From the IMG/VR virus record IMGVR_UViG_3300045988_175328, positions 64,001-128,000 of that record: a stretch of DNA of 64,000 nt; one strand, 5' to 3'. This DNA comes from a virus. The notes under the pieces were generated by a model that saw nothing but the letters and a program-made list of their open reading frames with translations, ran no database searches and was not told the origin of the DNA. Position numbers and translations under genes: made by a program. Positions 47,835 through 58,480 of the stretch are shown here, in pieces (position 1 is the first letter of the stretch; every line of letters starts with the position of its first letter).

Positions 47835-48628
47835 TTAAAAGCCTTACGACTATACATAAGAGTATACGAGATTTCTTCGAAGATAAGATTAAAGATAGAA
47901 TTGAACAGGGGTCAGTATTAGATTTGTTCATGATATCGACTGCGAGTGAAATAGAAGCAGCTTATGAATATATCGAAGAGAATAAATATCCATATATCTA
48001 CACCTCTCTTACTGGACAGAATATTGATAGAATGGCTAAGATGTGTGGATTTGAACGAAGGCCAAATGAATCAGATCAAAATCTTTTGTTCCGATTAATT
48101 AATTGGTCTTTTATTAATGCAAAAAGTAATACTATTGCAATAGAAGCAGCTCTTTTAGATATGCAGTATTCTAGTAATATCACTTATTTCCCACGAGCGT
48201 ATGGTGCTGGTACAGCTATTTGTTATGTGATTCCGTTAGAATACACAGAGCATACAATAGAACTTGCTTTAGAAGAAGCAAAGGATAGATTGAAAAATGT
48301 AGTCAGCCCATCGCTCTATATAGAATATGTTGTTCCTAATTTAAAAGCAATTACGATTTCAATCAATGTCGACAATGTTGATTCTAACTTAGTCGATATT
48401 CAAAAAAATATTGAATCTAAATTTGCTTATTATATCAACTCAATTCCGCCGCACGAAACACTTGATATCGGATATTTAGAAAGGATAGGATATGAAGAGC
48501 CTGGCGTTAACTATTTTAGTGTTACTGGGGTATTCGTTGACGGCGTACCTACTAGCAATGTCAGCATTACTCAGGATTTAACATCTAAATTTATTCTCGA
48601 TGAAATTCGATGGCATGAGGTAAGCTAA
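47831..48628 (+). CDS. baseplate J-like protein (tentative)
   Basis: 265 aa with a TTG start. It follows the gp25-like gene. NIDRMAKMCGFERRPNESDQNLLFRL resembles the J-family LD.LA...G..R segment. Confidence 0.4.
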   Translation: MIKSLTTIHKSIRDFFEDKIKDRIEQGSVLDLFMISTASEIEAAYEYIEENKYPYIYTSLTGQNIDRMAKMCGFERRPNESDQNLLFRLINWSFINAKSNTIAIEAALLDMQYSSNITYFPRAYGAGTAICYVIPLEYTEHTIELALEEAKDRLKNVVSPSLYIEYVVPNLKAITISINVDNVDSNLVDIQKNIESKFAYYINSIPPHETLDIGYLERIGYEEPGVNYFSVTGVFVDGVPTSNVSITQDLTSKFILDEIRWHEVS

Positions 48629-51600
48629 TGGCTATCGATAAAAAAACACATAGTAGCTTTTTAAAAGCTATTGAATATTTTCCTAAATGGATGCAGATAC
48701 GTCGGCGTCCGTTTAAATCTAACTCTGGTAAGTTACTTCTATCTATTATTGAAGAAATTCAAAGCATATATGAAGAAGTAAATAATTACAATAAACGATT
48801 CTTCCTCGTAGAGTATGCAGGTAAGGAAGATACGATTGCTTCTCATGTGTATCGAGCCAATATCGGTACTAGTAACGATATAATAGATTTACATATAGAT
48901 ATTCCTATTACATATAGTTTAAAAGAGTTTTATGAAGAAAACGATTTGGCATATTATGACGATGGTAATCTATATCTAAAGGAAGAAAATGTTCATGAGC
49001 AAGTTCTTAGATATACTATTAATAATTTTAATTATTCGACTAATTTAATTAAAGAACCTATCTGGAATATCTTTGATGAATTTGCATGGTTTGCTGGAAT
49101 TGAACGATTCGAACACGAAACGAATAGTTCTCTTGTTAACAGAACCTATGATGCATTTCGAACAAAAGACGATGAGAATAATCATATTCTCTTTGACGAC
49201 GACTCTATTTATGATGCCTATAAACATCGTTTTAACTCTACAGAGATTGGCCTAAAATATTTAATTAAAAACATTATTAGTGCCTCCGGCCATATTCCAT
49301 TTAAAGATATTAAAATAGAATCTTTAAACGAAGATAATTTATTTAAAGAATATCTAGATGGAACTATTTACGATTACATCTCTGAGATTAATAAAGATAT
49401 TGCTAAAGAAAAAGTATGGGACGAATCTCTATGGGAACATTCATTTGTTAAATTAAATCATGCGCCTCATATCTGGGACCAACCGGTTTATATGTACCAG
49501 CAAGGTGTCGGATATTTCGATTCTCTTCATGTGCATAATTCTTCAGAGATTCAATTACCTGACTCTACTGATGTCGATATCTATGAACGAGTTAAATCAA
49601 GAGAAACAGCTGCTCAATATATAATGAAATCTGATCGTAAGATTCCGATTACTCTTACGTTAAAGAAACATTCTACTGAGTTAAAATCTCTTGATTTTGA
49701 CTATCGTGCCTATGCTTTTCCAATGCGAGAAGTTAAGCCAAAAGAAATAGAATTTAGTTTCTTTAAAGATAAAAACCTAAGAAAAGAAATATATCTTGAA
49801 GAGATTGTCGATCCGACTCAAGTATATGACCAAGGCATTACGTTAGAAGATGCCGGTATATTAAGAAATAATACTCCAGAAGATATTAAGTATACTTTAG
49901 AGTTTCAGCCTAAATATAGAAATGGCAATATTTTAATCGACAAAATTTTTGTCGATGATGTCGATCAATTAGATCCATACTATAATGATGAATGGTTCAT
50001 TAAGAATAAACATTTGTCTTATATCGATAATTATTTCTATGGCACAAAACTATCTGATTTTCACAAATCTTCTTTCATTAAAAATGCAGAAGAAGGAGTT
50101 ATTCTTGATCGAAGAAATTCTTCGTCTGGCACATTAAGTGTATCATTAACTCCAGATATGTTAAATAAAACTATCTTCTATGAATTATCTGATAAGAAAA
50201 CGAGCATTCTTGATCGTGAAGATATTTTTAAAGAGAATACATATCGATATGATGAAGATAATAATATTTTAGTAGCCGACACGAACAAGAAAGCATCACT
50301 TTCTTTTACTAGTTATTTAAGTGATTTTAAAGTATCTATCGCAAAATTGGCGTATGAAGAAGATATTGGTTCTTGTATCATAAGAATTAAAGACGCTGAA
50401 ACAAATACTCTTATTGCTCGGAAAGAACTTAATGCCGACACAATAGAAACAGAATTCTCTTGGTCGACGCAAATTCCTAAGAATGTGACAGTATCTGTTA
50501 CAAAAATTGGTGAACGAGGATTTGTTCTTACAGAACTTGCTGTATCAGCAAATAATATTGAATTCTTTATTGATGGTGTAAAATTAAATCCGGTATTAGG
50601 TGATTATACAATACCTACATCTGGAGAAGTGTTAACGATTAAGTTATCGTCTTATCTTGGTATTTCTGCGCCAATTCTTAAATATGTTTCTATTGCTGGC
50701 GGATATGCTTCTTTTAAATTCTTTAAAAAAGATATCATTGTCCCAGCCAATTCATCGAAACGATTAAGAATAAAAGGTTCAGATTATAAACTTAATCTTT
50801 ACTATAATGATCAACTATTAAGTTCTAACTATGAGCCCGTTACTAAATATTCTGGTAAAGGTAGATTGTTCTTAACAGTTAATAAAAAAGATATTAAAAA
50901 ATCTACGCCTCCAATTAAAGAAGGAACATTTGGCGGTAAGGCATTATCTTATATCGATATCGATGGCCCGATTAAAAAGATTAATATTGAATATGCGAAT
51001 CCAAAAGAATTCTTATATAAAAAAACGTTAGAAGATATATTTAAAATTATGGGTATCGCTGAAGAACGAAATCGATATTATACCGATGCTCAAGGAAATC
51101 TAGTTAAGATTTCTTCGGCTGGATATGATACTGTTTTAATTAAAGACATTAATCTTCCTAAAGATTTTGATATTTTAGATATTAAAACACATTCTGGTAT
51201 TGACTCGTATTTCATCAGCGATAGATCTCACCGATTTAATAACCACGATAGTTCTTCTGTAAACTATATCTACGAGGTTAAGTTTAGTCATAAAGATAAC
51301 AGCTCCTCTGTTGCTCATAAACAATTTAAAACTATTAAGTACCAAGTGGTTACTCCTCTTGATAAGGCATTATTCTCGCCTAAGCTTAATTCTTCAGAAG
51401 TATATAGGTTGACAGTTGATACGCATGATGGTCATGCTTTCTATCGATATCAGAACTATGAATCTACTGTCGTTAAAGACTTCTCTATTATTGGCGCTAA
51501 AGTAAATCGACCGACAGCTGATATTTTAATTATTAAAGATGGCGGCGATATTCGTGAACAAGAATATTCATTATCGCTAATTAAAGATTTAAAATCTTAT

Positions 51601-53688
51601 TTATTCTCGACAGAATTAACTCTTGACGATAAGATTGAAGATTATATCTTAGCTGAATATACAATTAATACTCCAGATTATCTTTCTATAGAATACAAAG
51701 AAAGTACTCATAAAGAAACAGTTGTAATGAATGAGGAAGGCGTTGCTAAATTAAAATATGCTAACGTACTTAAATCTGGATTTAAAGTTAAAAATGGCGA
51801 CGATGTAATTCCTGAAGATAACTATATTCTATATGAAGAAGAAGGCATTATTTTAATTCTCGATGCTTCAAAATTAAAATCATTAGAATTAAAAGTTGAA
51901 TATACATATAAAAAACCATATAAAATATTCTTCAATAATCTTGACATTCTATATGATAAAATCGAGCATCATCAAGATGCTTATGCATTAAAATTACTTG
52001 AAACAGTTAAGAGTATTCATGACAAAGAAACAAAACAGTTATCACAATCTTATCAGAACAAGTTAATAGCAGCAATTCCAAAAGATGAACTATATTCTGC
52101 TGTTGCTACTGAGACAACAGTTACAGCATTTAAAAAAGATTTTACTGACAAGATTGTTGTTAAATCTGGATATTATTACGAAGAAGGTAAAGAATATTAT
52201 TATCCGGCGAACGAACAAGTGATAATTAAAAAAGAAAAACATGCTGTTAAGTTCCCGAACTCTTCTAAGCAAGGATCGTATTTGTTACTCCATATGGAGA
52301 ACAATAACTTCATTCCTAATTCTTCAATGTCTAATAAACGATTACATCCTTTAACAATTCTTAATTTTGAAAGAGATAAAGAATTTAATATTAATAGCTC
52401 TTTAGGTAAATTATCAATTCCGACTTCATTTAATAACTGGTCTTTCTATGATTGTGATTCTTTTTTAGATCATAAAGATAATAAATATAGTATGCGACTT
52501 AGTTTTAATAAAGAATCTTCATATGCTTTATTTAAATTGTCAGATTTAAAACAGCTTAAGAAATATTTAAGCATGTCTTTTAGCGGCGATTTAAAATTCT
52601 ATCTTGCAGAAGAAGTTAAGATAAATGACTTCAAATTGCCGAAGTTACCTCTCTTAAAAATTTTTGAAGAAATAAAGACAAAAGACGGTTATTTTAATAT
52701 TAATATTCCTAAAGATATCGATGGACTATATTTAGTGATCAAAGGCAAATCTGGATTTATCTACGAGATCGGATCTTCTGATTCTTCAAAACCAGAAAAG
52801 ACGCAAAAAAATATAGAACGCCTAGGTTGGAAAATAGAACAAGAATTAACGAATCGTCCGATTGAGTTAATCTATGACAATATTAATGCTGTTACAACTA
52901 ACGTCGATATTAATGATATGCAGTACATGTCTTATGGTGTTACAATGGATTATGAATCTACATTAATTGCATCGGCAGACTTTAAACGTTGTACATTAGA
53001 TAAAGCATTAATTAGACATAATAAAATTATCACACTCGATGAGCCTGGTATTATTACGACTGAGATATTTAATATTGTTCCGACTCGTTTTACCGATGAA
53101 GAGGAAAATCATCGGGCGTTAATTCATAATATTTTATATTCTGTATTAAAGATAAATACAATTGAAACCAAAGAATTTAAAATTAAAATCTATGGTGCTG
53201 ATACCTATAATGAACGATTCTTATACATAAGCGAAGTAGAAAATACTAATTTCAGTAGTTTATCGACAGAAAAATTAAAACGATTCTTGCGTTTTGAAAT
53301 TGAGATACCTAAGAATTCTGAAATAAGTTCTATTTCTTTGTATAATATTTACAAAGAAATTCCGAATTTAGATCTTCTTAATATTAAATCTTTAGAATAT
53401 TATGAAGGCACTTTAGAGTCTCGTCTCTTCTATATCTCTTCAAGAAAAACTGTTGTTATTGAATCTATTGATGCTGATATTAAAGGTCAAGTTTTAATTT
53501 ATATTCGTGGACTAAGAAGTTCTAAAATAAATTCTATATTTGGAGAGTGGAAATTATTAGAGCTTGACGGATTAAAACTTAAGAATAATATTATTTACTC
53601 TGATACGACAGCATACCAGATCAAAGTTAAGCTTATTAGTAAAGAATCTGAGCTTACATTACGCTCCATAAAATTTAAGGAAATATAA
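48628..53688 (+). CDS. large baseplate/tail-fibre structural protein (1686 aa)
   Basis: Uninterrupted ORF in the baseplate block, with ATG overlapping the upstream stop. No catalytic motif recognised. Confidence 0.55.
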   Translation: MAIDKKTHSSFLKAIEYFPKWMQIRRRPFKSNSGKLLLSIIEEIQSIYEEVNNYNKRFFLVEYAGKEDTIASHVYRANIGTSNDIIDLHIDIPITYSLKEFYEENDLAYYDDGNLYLKEENVHEQVLRYTINNFNYSTNLIKEPIWNIFDEFAWFAGIERFEHETNSSLVNRTYDAFRTKDDENNHILFDDDSIYDAYKHRFNSTEIGLKYLIKNIISASGHIPFKDIKIESLNEDNLFKEYLDGTIYDYISEINKDIAKEKVWDESLWEHSFVKLNHAPHIWDQPVYMYQQGVGYFDSLHVHNSSEIQLPDSTDVDIYERVKSRETAAQYIMKSDRKIPITLTLKKHSTELKSLDFDYRAYAFPMREVKPKEIEFSFFKDKNLRKEIYLEEIVDPTQVYDQGITLEDAGILRNNTPEDIKYTLEFQPKYRNGNILIDKIFVDDVDQLDPYYNDEWFIKNKHLSYIDNYFYGTKLSDFHKSSFIKNAEEGVILDRRNSSSGTLSVSLTPDMLNKTIFYELSDKKTSILDREDIFKENTYRYDEDNNILVADTNKKASLSFTSYLSDFKVSIAKLAYEEDIGSCIIRIKDAETNTLIARKELNADTIETEFSWSTQIPKNVTVSVTKIGERGFVLTELAVSANNIEFFIDGVKLNPVLGDYTIPTSGEVLTIKLSSYLGISAPILKYVSIAGGYASFKFFKKDIIVPANSSKRLRIKGSDYKLNLYYNDQLLSSNYEPVTKYSGKGRLFLTVNKKDIKKSTPPIKEGTFGGKALSYIDIDGPIKKINIEYANPKEFLYKKTLEDIFKIMGIAEERNRYYTDAQGNLVKISSAGYDTVLIKDINLPKDFDILDIKTHSGIDSYFISDRSHRFNNHDSSSVNYIYEVKFSHKDNSSSVAHKQFKTIKYQVVTPLDKALFSPKLNSSEVYRLTVDTHDGHAFYRYQNYESTVVKDFSIIGAKVNRPTADILIIKDGGDIREQEYSLSLIKDLKSYLFSTELTLDDKIEDYILAEYTINTPDYLSIEYKESTHKETVVMNEEGVAKLKYANVLKSGFKVKNGDDVIPEDNYILYEEEGIILILDASKLKSLELKVEYTYKKPYKIFFNNLDILYDKIEHHQDAYALKLLETVKSIHDKETKQLSQSYQNKLIAAIPKDELYSAVATETTVTAFKKDFTDKIVVKSGYYYEEGKEYYYPANEQVIIKKEKHAVKFPNSSKQGSYLLLHMENNNFIPNSSMSNKRLHPLTILNFERDKEFNINSSLGKLSIPTSFNNWSFYDCDSFLDHKDNKYSMRLSFNKESSYALFKLSDLKQLKKYLSMSFSGDLKFYLAEEVKINDFKLPKLPLLKIFEEIKTKDGYFNINIPKDIDGLYLVIKGKSGFIYEIGSSDSSKPEKTQKNIERLGWKIEQELTNRPIELIYDNINAVTTNVDINDMQYMSYGVTMDYESTLIASADFKRCTLDKALIRHNKIITLDEPGIITTEIFNIVPTRFTDEEENHRALIHNILYSVLKINTIETKEFKIKIYGADTYNERFLYISEVENTNFSSLSTEKLKRFLRFEIEIPKNSEISSISLYNIYKEIPNLDLLNIKSLEYYEGTLESRLFYISSRKTVVIESIDADIKGQVLIYIRGLRSSKINSIFGEWKLLELDGLKLKNNIIYSDTTAYQIKVKLISKESELTLRSIKFKEI

Positions 53689-55718
53689 TGCTTTTTGAAT
53701 ATAGCGCACAAGTTTCTAAAATAAATGGATGCCATTTTTTCGATCAAGACATTATCGAGCTTTCTTATCTTTACGATGGAGATATTGAGCTTCATGCGAA
53801 TATTGATTATAAATCTCCAGGTTTTGGATTTGTGATAACTCCTCTTGAAGGTAGTTCTTATTTGTTCAAAATCGGAGACAATAGTTATTCCATATATCAA
53901 AAAGACAAAGAACAATACCGAATTGCATATTCAACTGTGCAATTCGGAGATGCCTTGAAAGAAGGGGTGCTTCATCTTAAAATAGAAAAAGAAGAAGCAT
54001 TCTTCTATATCGAAAACAATGGGAAAATAATTCATTTAAATGAATCAACTAAATTAAATATAAAATCTGATACTAAATATCGTATCGGTATATATAGTGA
54101 AGCTAATAACACTGTAAGAAAATTCACAATACTAAATGGACTTCCTCAAGGTTGGAATCCTAATATCGTAAATACTGTTGGCGGCAGAATTAGATACGAA
54201 GACAACGAAATTCATTTCGAGAACTGTACATACTATAGTGAAACAGAAACAGATTGGATTAAACTTAAAGCTGGAAAGTATTATCTTAAGTATATAAAAG
54301 AAGGCGACATTACTTCTAAAGTATTTATTTCCGGCGATAAGAAAATAATCGAAGAAGAAAAAGATATTCTTAGTGGAGACCGATTTGTTCTCGATGAAGA
54401 TAAGTTTGTACTGATTCGCTTTTATGGCAAAGATGGAATCGTTAAGAATATCGAGATTAAAAAACATCTTAACTCTGCTTATCTTCCATCTGAAGGAAGT
54501 AGTGCTAAAAAAGATCCTTCTTATTTAGATATAGATTTAAATGAAATTGAATCTATCAAGATCAATGTTGAAATCACTGAAGACTTAATTCCAGAAGAAT
54601 CATTTTTTGCTATATATGGCGAAGACAAATTTGCTCCGGTCGATGTTCCGATCAAAAAGAAATTCACGATTACTTTTAATAAAGGAACTCTTACTTTAAA
54701 TTATGGCGAAGATAAGAATATATTCTTTAATGAAAAGCTTCCGCATTTAAAGTTACTATATAATATTGAAGCAATTATCTCTAAGATGGAAATAACTAAA
54801 CCTGATGGATCTATTATTAATGTTTTAGTAAAAAATCAGGTTAGAGAATATGTTTCTAATTCTATTGATCGTCCGATCCTTTGTATCGACAATACAACAG
54901 GAGAACCTTTAGATTTAAGCTCTTCTTATCGAGAGATTATTATCGATGAAGATCAAATCGACGCCTTTACTAAAAATAGTATTATTAGATTATCTCATAC
55001 TTTGAATGTTTATGAAAAACATGATATCGAAGTAGTCGGCATTAAAGAGTTTTCTCCGTTAAATCCATATGGGAGGACATTTAAAGAATACGTATTAAGT
55101 GATATTCCGTTTCATTATCTAGATATAGATACTCGTAAAGATATATATAAAAATAGTATTCATATTCCAAAAGATATTCGTGAACAATATAAATATATAT
55201 TGGTCAAATATAAAACGGCCGATAAGTACTATTATCGATTTACAAATTGGAATCGTGAACTATTCGAACCTAAGAAAGATACGCTTAAGTTAAAGAAGCC
55301 GATTATCGATACATTTAATAATGCCACGGTAATCGGCACAAACGAATATCCGGATATCGAATACTTCTTTAGAGTTCGCCGCAATCATGAAACAACAGAT
55401 TTCAATATGACAGTATCTAATTTCTCGATCATTAATAATGAAGACTTTATCGTTAATTACGATAAGAATCAGATCGAGTTAAAGAAAGTTGATTTTAAAT
55501 ACTATATCGTTGAGTATTTAAAAGACAATAGTTATGTTATTAACGATCTTAAATATGAAGGAGGCGATCCTTTGTATGAAGTAATGGTATCTACCAATTC
55601 TGAAGATTTTGAAATTAGATACGATCAAGACAAAGTTACGGGCAAAACATTAAAATATAAAGTCACAGATATACCAATTAAATATAATACATATATCGCT
55701 TTAAGCAATAAGGAATAA
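53688..55718 (+). CDS. baseplate/tail-fibre-associated structural protein (676 aa)
   Basis: ORF overlapping the upstream stop (TAATG). Call is positional. Confidence 0.5.
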   Translation: MLFEYSAQVSKINGCHFFDQDIIELSYLYDGDIELHANIDYKSPGFGFVITPLEGSSYLFKIGDNSYSIYQKDKEQYRIAYSTVQFGDALKEGVLHLKIEKEEAFFYIENNGKIIHLNESTKLNIKSDTKYRIGIYSEANNTVRKFTILNGLPQGWNPNIVNTVGGRIRYEDNEIHFENCTYYSETETDWIKLKAGKYYLKYIKEGDITSKVFISGDKKIIEEEKDILSGDRFVLDEDKFVLIRFYGKDGIVKNIEIKKHLNSAYLPSEGSSAKKDPSYLDIDLNEIESIKINVEITEDLIPEESFFAIYGEDKFAPVDVPIKKKFTITFNKGTLTLNYGEDKNIFFNEKLPHLKLLYNIEAIISKMEITKPDGSIINVLVKNQVREYVSNSIDRPILCIDNTTGEPLDLSSSYREIIIDEDQIDAFTKNSIIRLSHTLNVYEKHDIEVVGIKEFSPLNPYGRTFKEYVLSDIPFHYLDIDTRKDIYKNSIHIPKDIREQYKYILVKYKTADKYYYRFTNWNRELFEPKKDTLKLKKPIIDTFNNATVIGTNEYPDIEYFFRVRRNHETTDFNMTVSNFSIINNEDFIVNYDKNQIELKKVDFKYYIVEYLKDNSYVINDLKYEGGDPLYEVMVSTNSEDFEIRYDQDKVTGKTLKYKVTDIPIKYNTYIALSNKE

Positions 55719-55720
55719 TA

Positions 55721-58480
55721 ATGGCTAATTGGCAACCACTAATATTAACTAAAAAAGGGCAGGATCTGTTTGCAAAAGCAATTTCTGCCGACAGTAAAAT
55801 ACAAATTACAGCAATATATGCTGGAGAAGGAAATAGGTTCACTGTAGATTCTACACGAATGGAGCGTCGATCTAAAGCAGCAGTAATTAGTTCTGTTAAC
55901 TATTCTGACAATGCAGCGATTATCGATTATTCATTTAATAATGAAGGATTAACTTCTCGTATCTCTGTAGCTCAAATCGGCTTCTTTATTGGAGATGATT
56001 TATTTGCTTATATGGAAGATACTGCTCCTGATGTAATTCCTCCAGCATCTTCTGGCGCAGCGACATTAAAATTGTCGTCTATTTTTAAATTAAATAATGC
56101 GACAACAATTACTTTATCTCCGACAATTAATAGAGCTAGTGATGATAACAAGATCATTACACTAATTAATCAAAAGCTTTCTCAACATGAATCCGATCCA
56201 AATGCGCATTCTGCGATTAAGGCAACTTCTAAAACAGAAAGTAATGGAAATAAAGTTCCGACATTATCTGTTACTAAAGATATTATTGACGATAAAATAT
56301 CTGCTAATAATACGACACTAACAAATAGCTTAAGAAATACAATCGATGAAAAAATAAGAGCAATTCCAGGCGGCCCTGATTTAACTAATTTAAATTCTAA
56401 TATAGTTGGCTCTTTAATTAATCAATTATCGAATGGCGCTAATATTGGAACACCTGCAGGAAAACTGGTAAAAGATTCAGACGTTAAAAGCTATATCGAT
56501 GGGAAAAATTTTATCTCGCAAGCGAATTTAACAAATCAAATTAATGATTTGAAACGTGAGTTAGGTTCCAATAATAACACTAATTCAATTGTCAACAAAT
56601 TAAATCGTGATGTCGATAATTTAACGACAGTCGGAGAAGAAGCAATTATCTCTTTAGCAAGACGTTCTCTCATTAACACAGTGATGAATAAAGATAACCA
56701 AACACATATTTGGAACATCTCGATGAATACTGTCGAAGAAGAGAAAGGTATCGAGATCGGTACAAATGTACGAGCTCGTGGACGAACAGCTTCCGCATAT
56801 GGTATCGATGCAGTATCTATTGGTCATAATGCTATTGCTGTTGGCGGTAATGAAACACGTCAATCGCTTACAAATAAGCTTTCTGAAAATCGATCTAAGC
56901 TTGATGAGATCGCTCGCCTAAAAGAGAATATCATTACCTACAACAAAGAAGTAAATGATTTAAAACGCAACAATGCTAAGATGATCGAGATCGGCGAACG
57001 AGCTAAAGCATTACATGCGTCAAAAGAAAAAGCTCGCTTGGCATGGCAAGCTAAGTTGTTTGAATATAATCAAGCGGTAAGTGATAATGAAGCATATCTG
57101 CGAGAATATAATCGTAAACTTGAAGATTTCAATAATCGCTTAAGAGCGACTGAGCGTATTTCTGGTGTTGATTTAAATAGTGATACAAGCTTAACAAATG
57201 CCGCTACTCAGTTTAAGCGTATGGTCGAAGAGAATACGACTATGAATCTTGATATCGATTTCTATAAGAAGTATATTAGAAATTACTATAAAGCTCTTGG
57301 AGATTTAAGAAAAGCAAGGACTGTTTATAATAAATCAGATAGAGAATCTTTTTATAAAAATAATTATTATGATAAGGCTGAAGATAAAGAAACTATTGTT
57401 GGAACTTTTAAAAACCTAGGCTCATTAACAGATATTAATACTCTTTTTTATTTTGTGGATGACATAGAGATAGATCTTAATTTTTCTGCTTCTAGCTTAT
57501 ATATTAGACTCCAAAATTCTTCTAAGTATCAAGTTAATTTTCTTAATAATAATTATGAGAGAATTAATCCAGAAATATTTCTCGCTAACGATGAGTTATT
57601 AAATAAAATTAGCAAAGATATTCCAAAATATAAAGCATTATTAAGAATAATATTGGATGCAAGTAATTCTAGTTTCTTATCAAAAGAAGCAAAAAATTTA
57701 ATTTATACGATATCAGACATTAAATTAGACATTCTTTTAAAAAAATATGAAATTTCTAATTTTCAATTTAAATATGAAAAAAATCACGAAACATCTTTTC
57801 TAGATAGTAAAAAAAGTGCAATAGATCAATTAAAAAATTTAGAAAATAAATTTAAAGAAGCAATAAAAAATGACCCATATTATTTACGAAAAGATCTTAT
57901 TGAAAAATATAAAAAAGAAAATATTGATGATGTAGAAAACGCTAATAGAATTACGACAGAACGATTAACCGACGAATTAGCTCGAGCACTTAATATTAAT
58001 AAAAATGAAGCTACTCAAAAAGAACAGTTAATTTCTCGATTAAAAACTGAAGAAGCTAATCTTAAAGAAGCTTATGAAAAAATTAATCCTAATATTGAAG
58101 CATCTTCTTCTGATATTAGTCAGTATGAAAATATTTTGCGTCAAATTAGTAATAAAGCAACACAATTACAAGATGCTCAAACTCGATTAAGTTCTTTAGA
58201 ACGAGGATTAACTTTAAATACATTTAATAATGTAGACTCTAAATCAGTAGCTCTTGGTGTCAATGCATTTGCATCTGGAACTAATTCTGTAGCTATCGGA
58301 CATTCTTCTGAAGCAACTGTTAATAATGAATTCTCTGTTGGTAATAGTTCTTTAAAACGAAAACTCACCAACCTTGCGAATGGTGCAGTATCTGCTACAT
58401 CTACTGATGCAGTTACAGGTAAGCAGTTATTCAAGGTATGGCAAGCACTTAAAGGTACGAATACTCCTTGGGAAGAATAG
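55721..58480 (+). CDS. tail fibre protein with YadA/Hep_Hag-like motifs and a long coiled coil
   Basis: The N-terminus WQPLILTKKGQDLFAKAISADSKIQITAIYAGEGN is like tail-fibre N-terminal domains (LT.AG..L.A.A...G..L.lt..avGdG). ASAYGIDAVSIGHNAIAVGGNE and VALGVNAFASGTNSVAIGHSSEATVNNEFSVGNSSLKRKLTNLANGAVSATSTDAVTGKQL resemble trimeric autotransporter head/neck motifs. Confidence 0.6.
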   Translation: MANWQPLILTKKGQDLFAKAISADSKIQITAIYAGEGNRFTVDSTRMERRSKAAVISSVNYSDNAAIIDYSFNNEGLTSRISVAQIGFFIGDDLFAYMEDTAPDVIPPASSGAATLKLSSIFKLNNATTITLSPTINRASDDNKIITLINQKLSQHESDPNAHSAIKATSKTESNGNKVPTLSVTKDIIDDKISANNTTLTNSLRNTIDEKIRAIPGGPDLTNLNSNIVGSLINQLSNGANIGTPAGKLVKDSDVKSYIDGKNFISQANLTNQINDLKRELGSNNNTNSIVNKLNRDVDNLTTVGEEAIISLARRSLINTVMNKDNQTHIWNISMNTVEEEKGIEIGTNVRARGRTASAYGIDAVSIGHNAIAVGGNETRQSLTNKLSENRSKLDEIARLKENIITYNKEVNDLKRNNAKMIEIGERAKALHASKEKARLAWQAKLFEYNQAVSDNEAYLREYNRKLEDFNNRLRATERISGVDLNSDTSLTNAATQFKRMVEENTTMNLDIDFYKKYIRNYYKALGDLRKARTVYNKSDRESFYKNNYYDKAEDKETIVGTFKNLGSLTDINTLFYFVDDIEIDLNFSASSLYIRLQNSSKYQVNFLNNNYERINPEIFLANDELLNKISKDIPKYKALLRIILDASNSSFLSKEAKNLIYTISDIKLDILLKKYEISNFQFKYEKNHETSFLDSKKSAIDQLKNLENKFKEAIKNDPYYLRKDLIEKYKKENIDDVENANRITTERLTDELARALNINKNEATQKEQLISRLKTEEANLKEAYEKINPNIEASSSDISQYENILRQISNKATQLQDAQTRLSSLERGLTLNTFNNVDSKSVALGVNAFASGTNSVAIGHSSEATVNNEFSVGNSSLKRKLTNLANGAVSATSTDAVTGKQLFKVWQALKGTNTPWEE

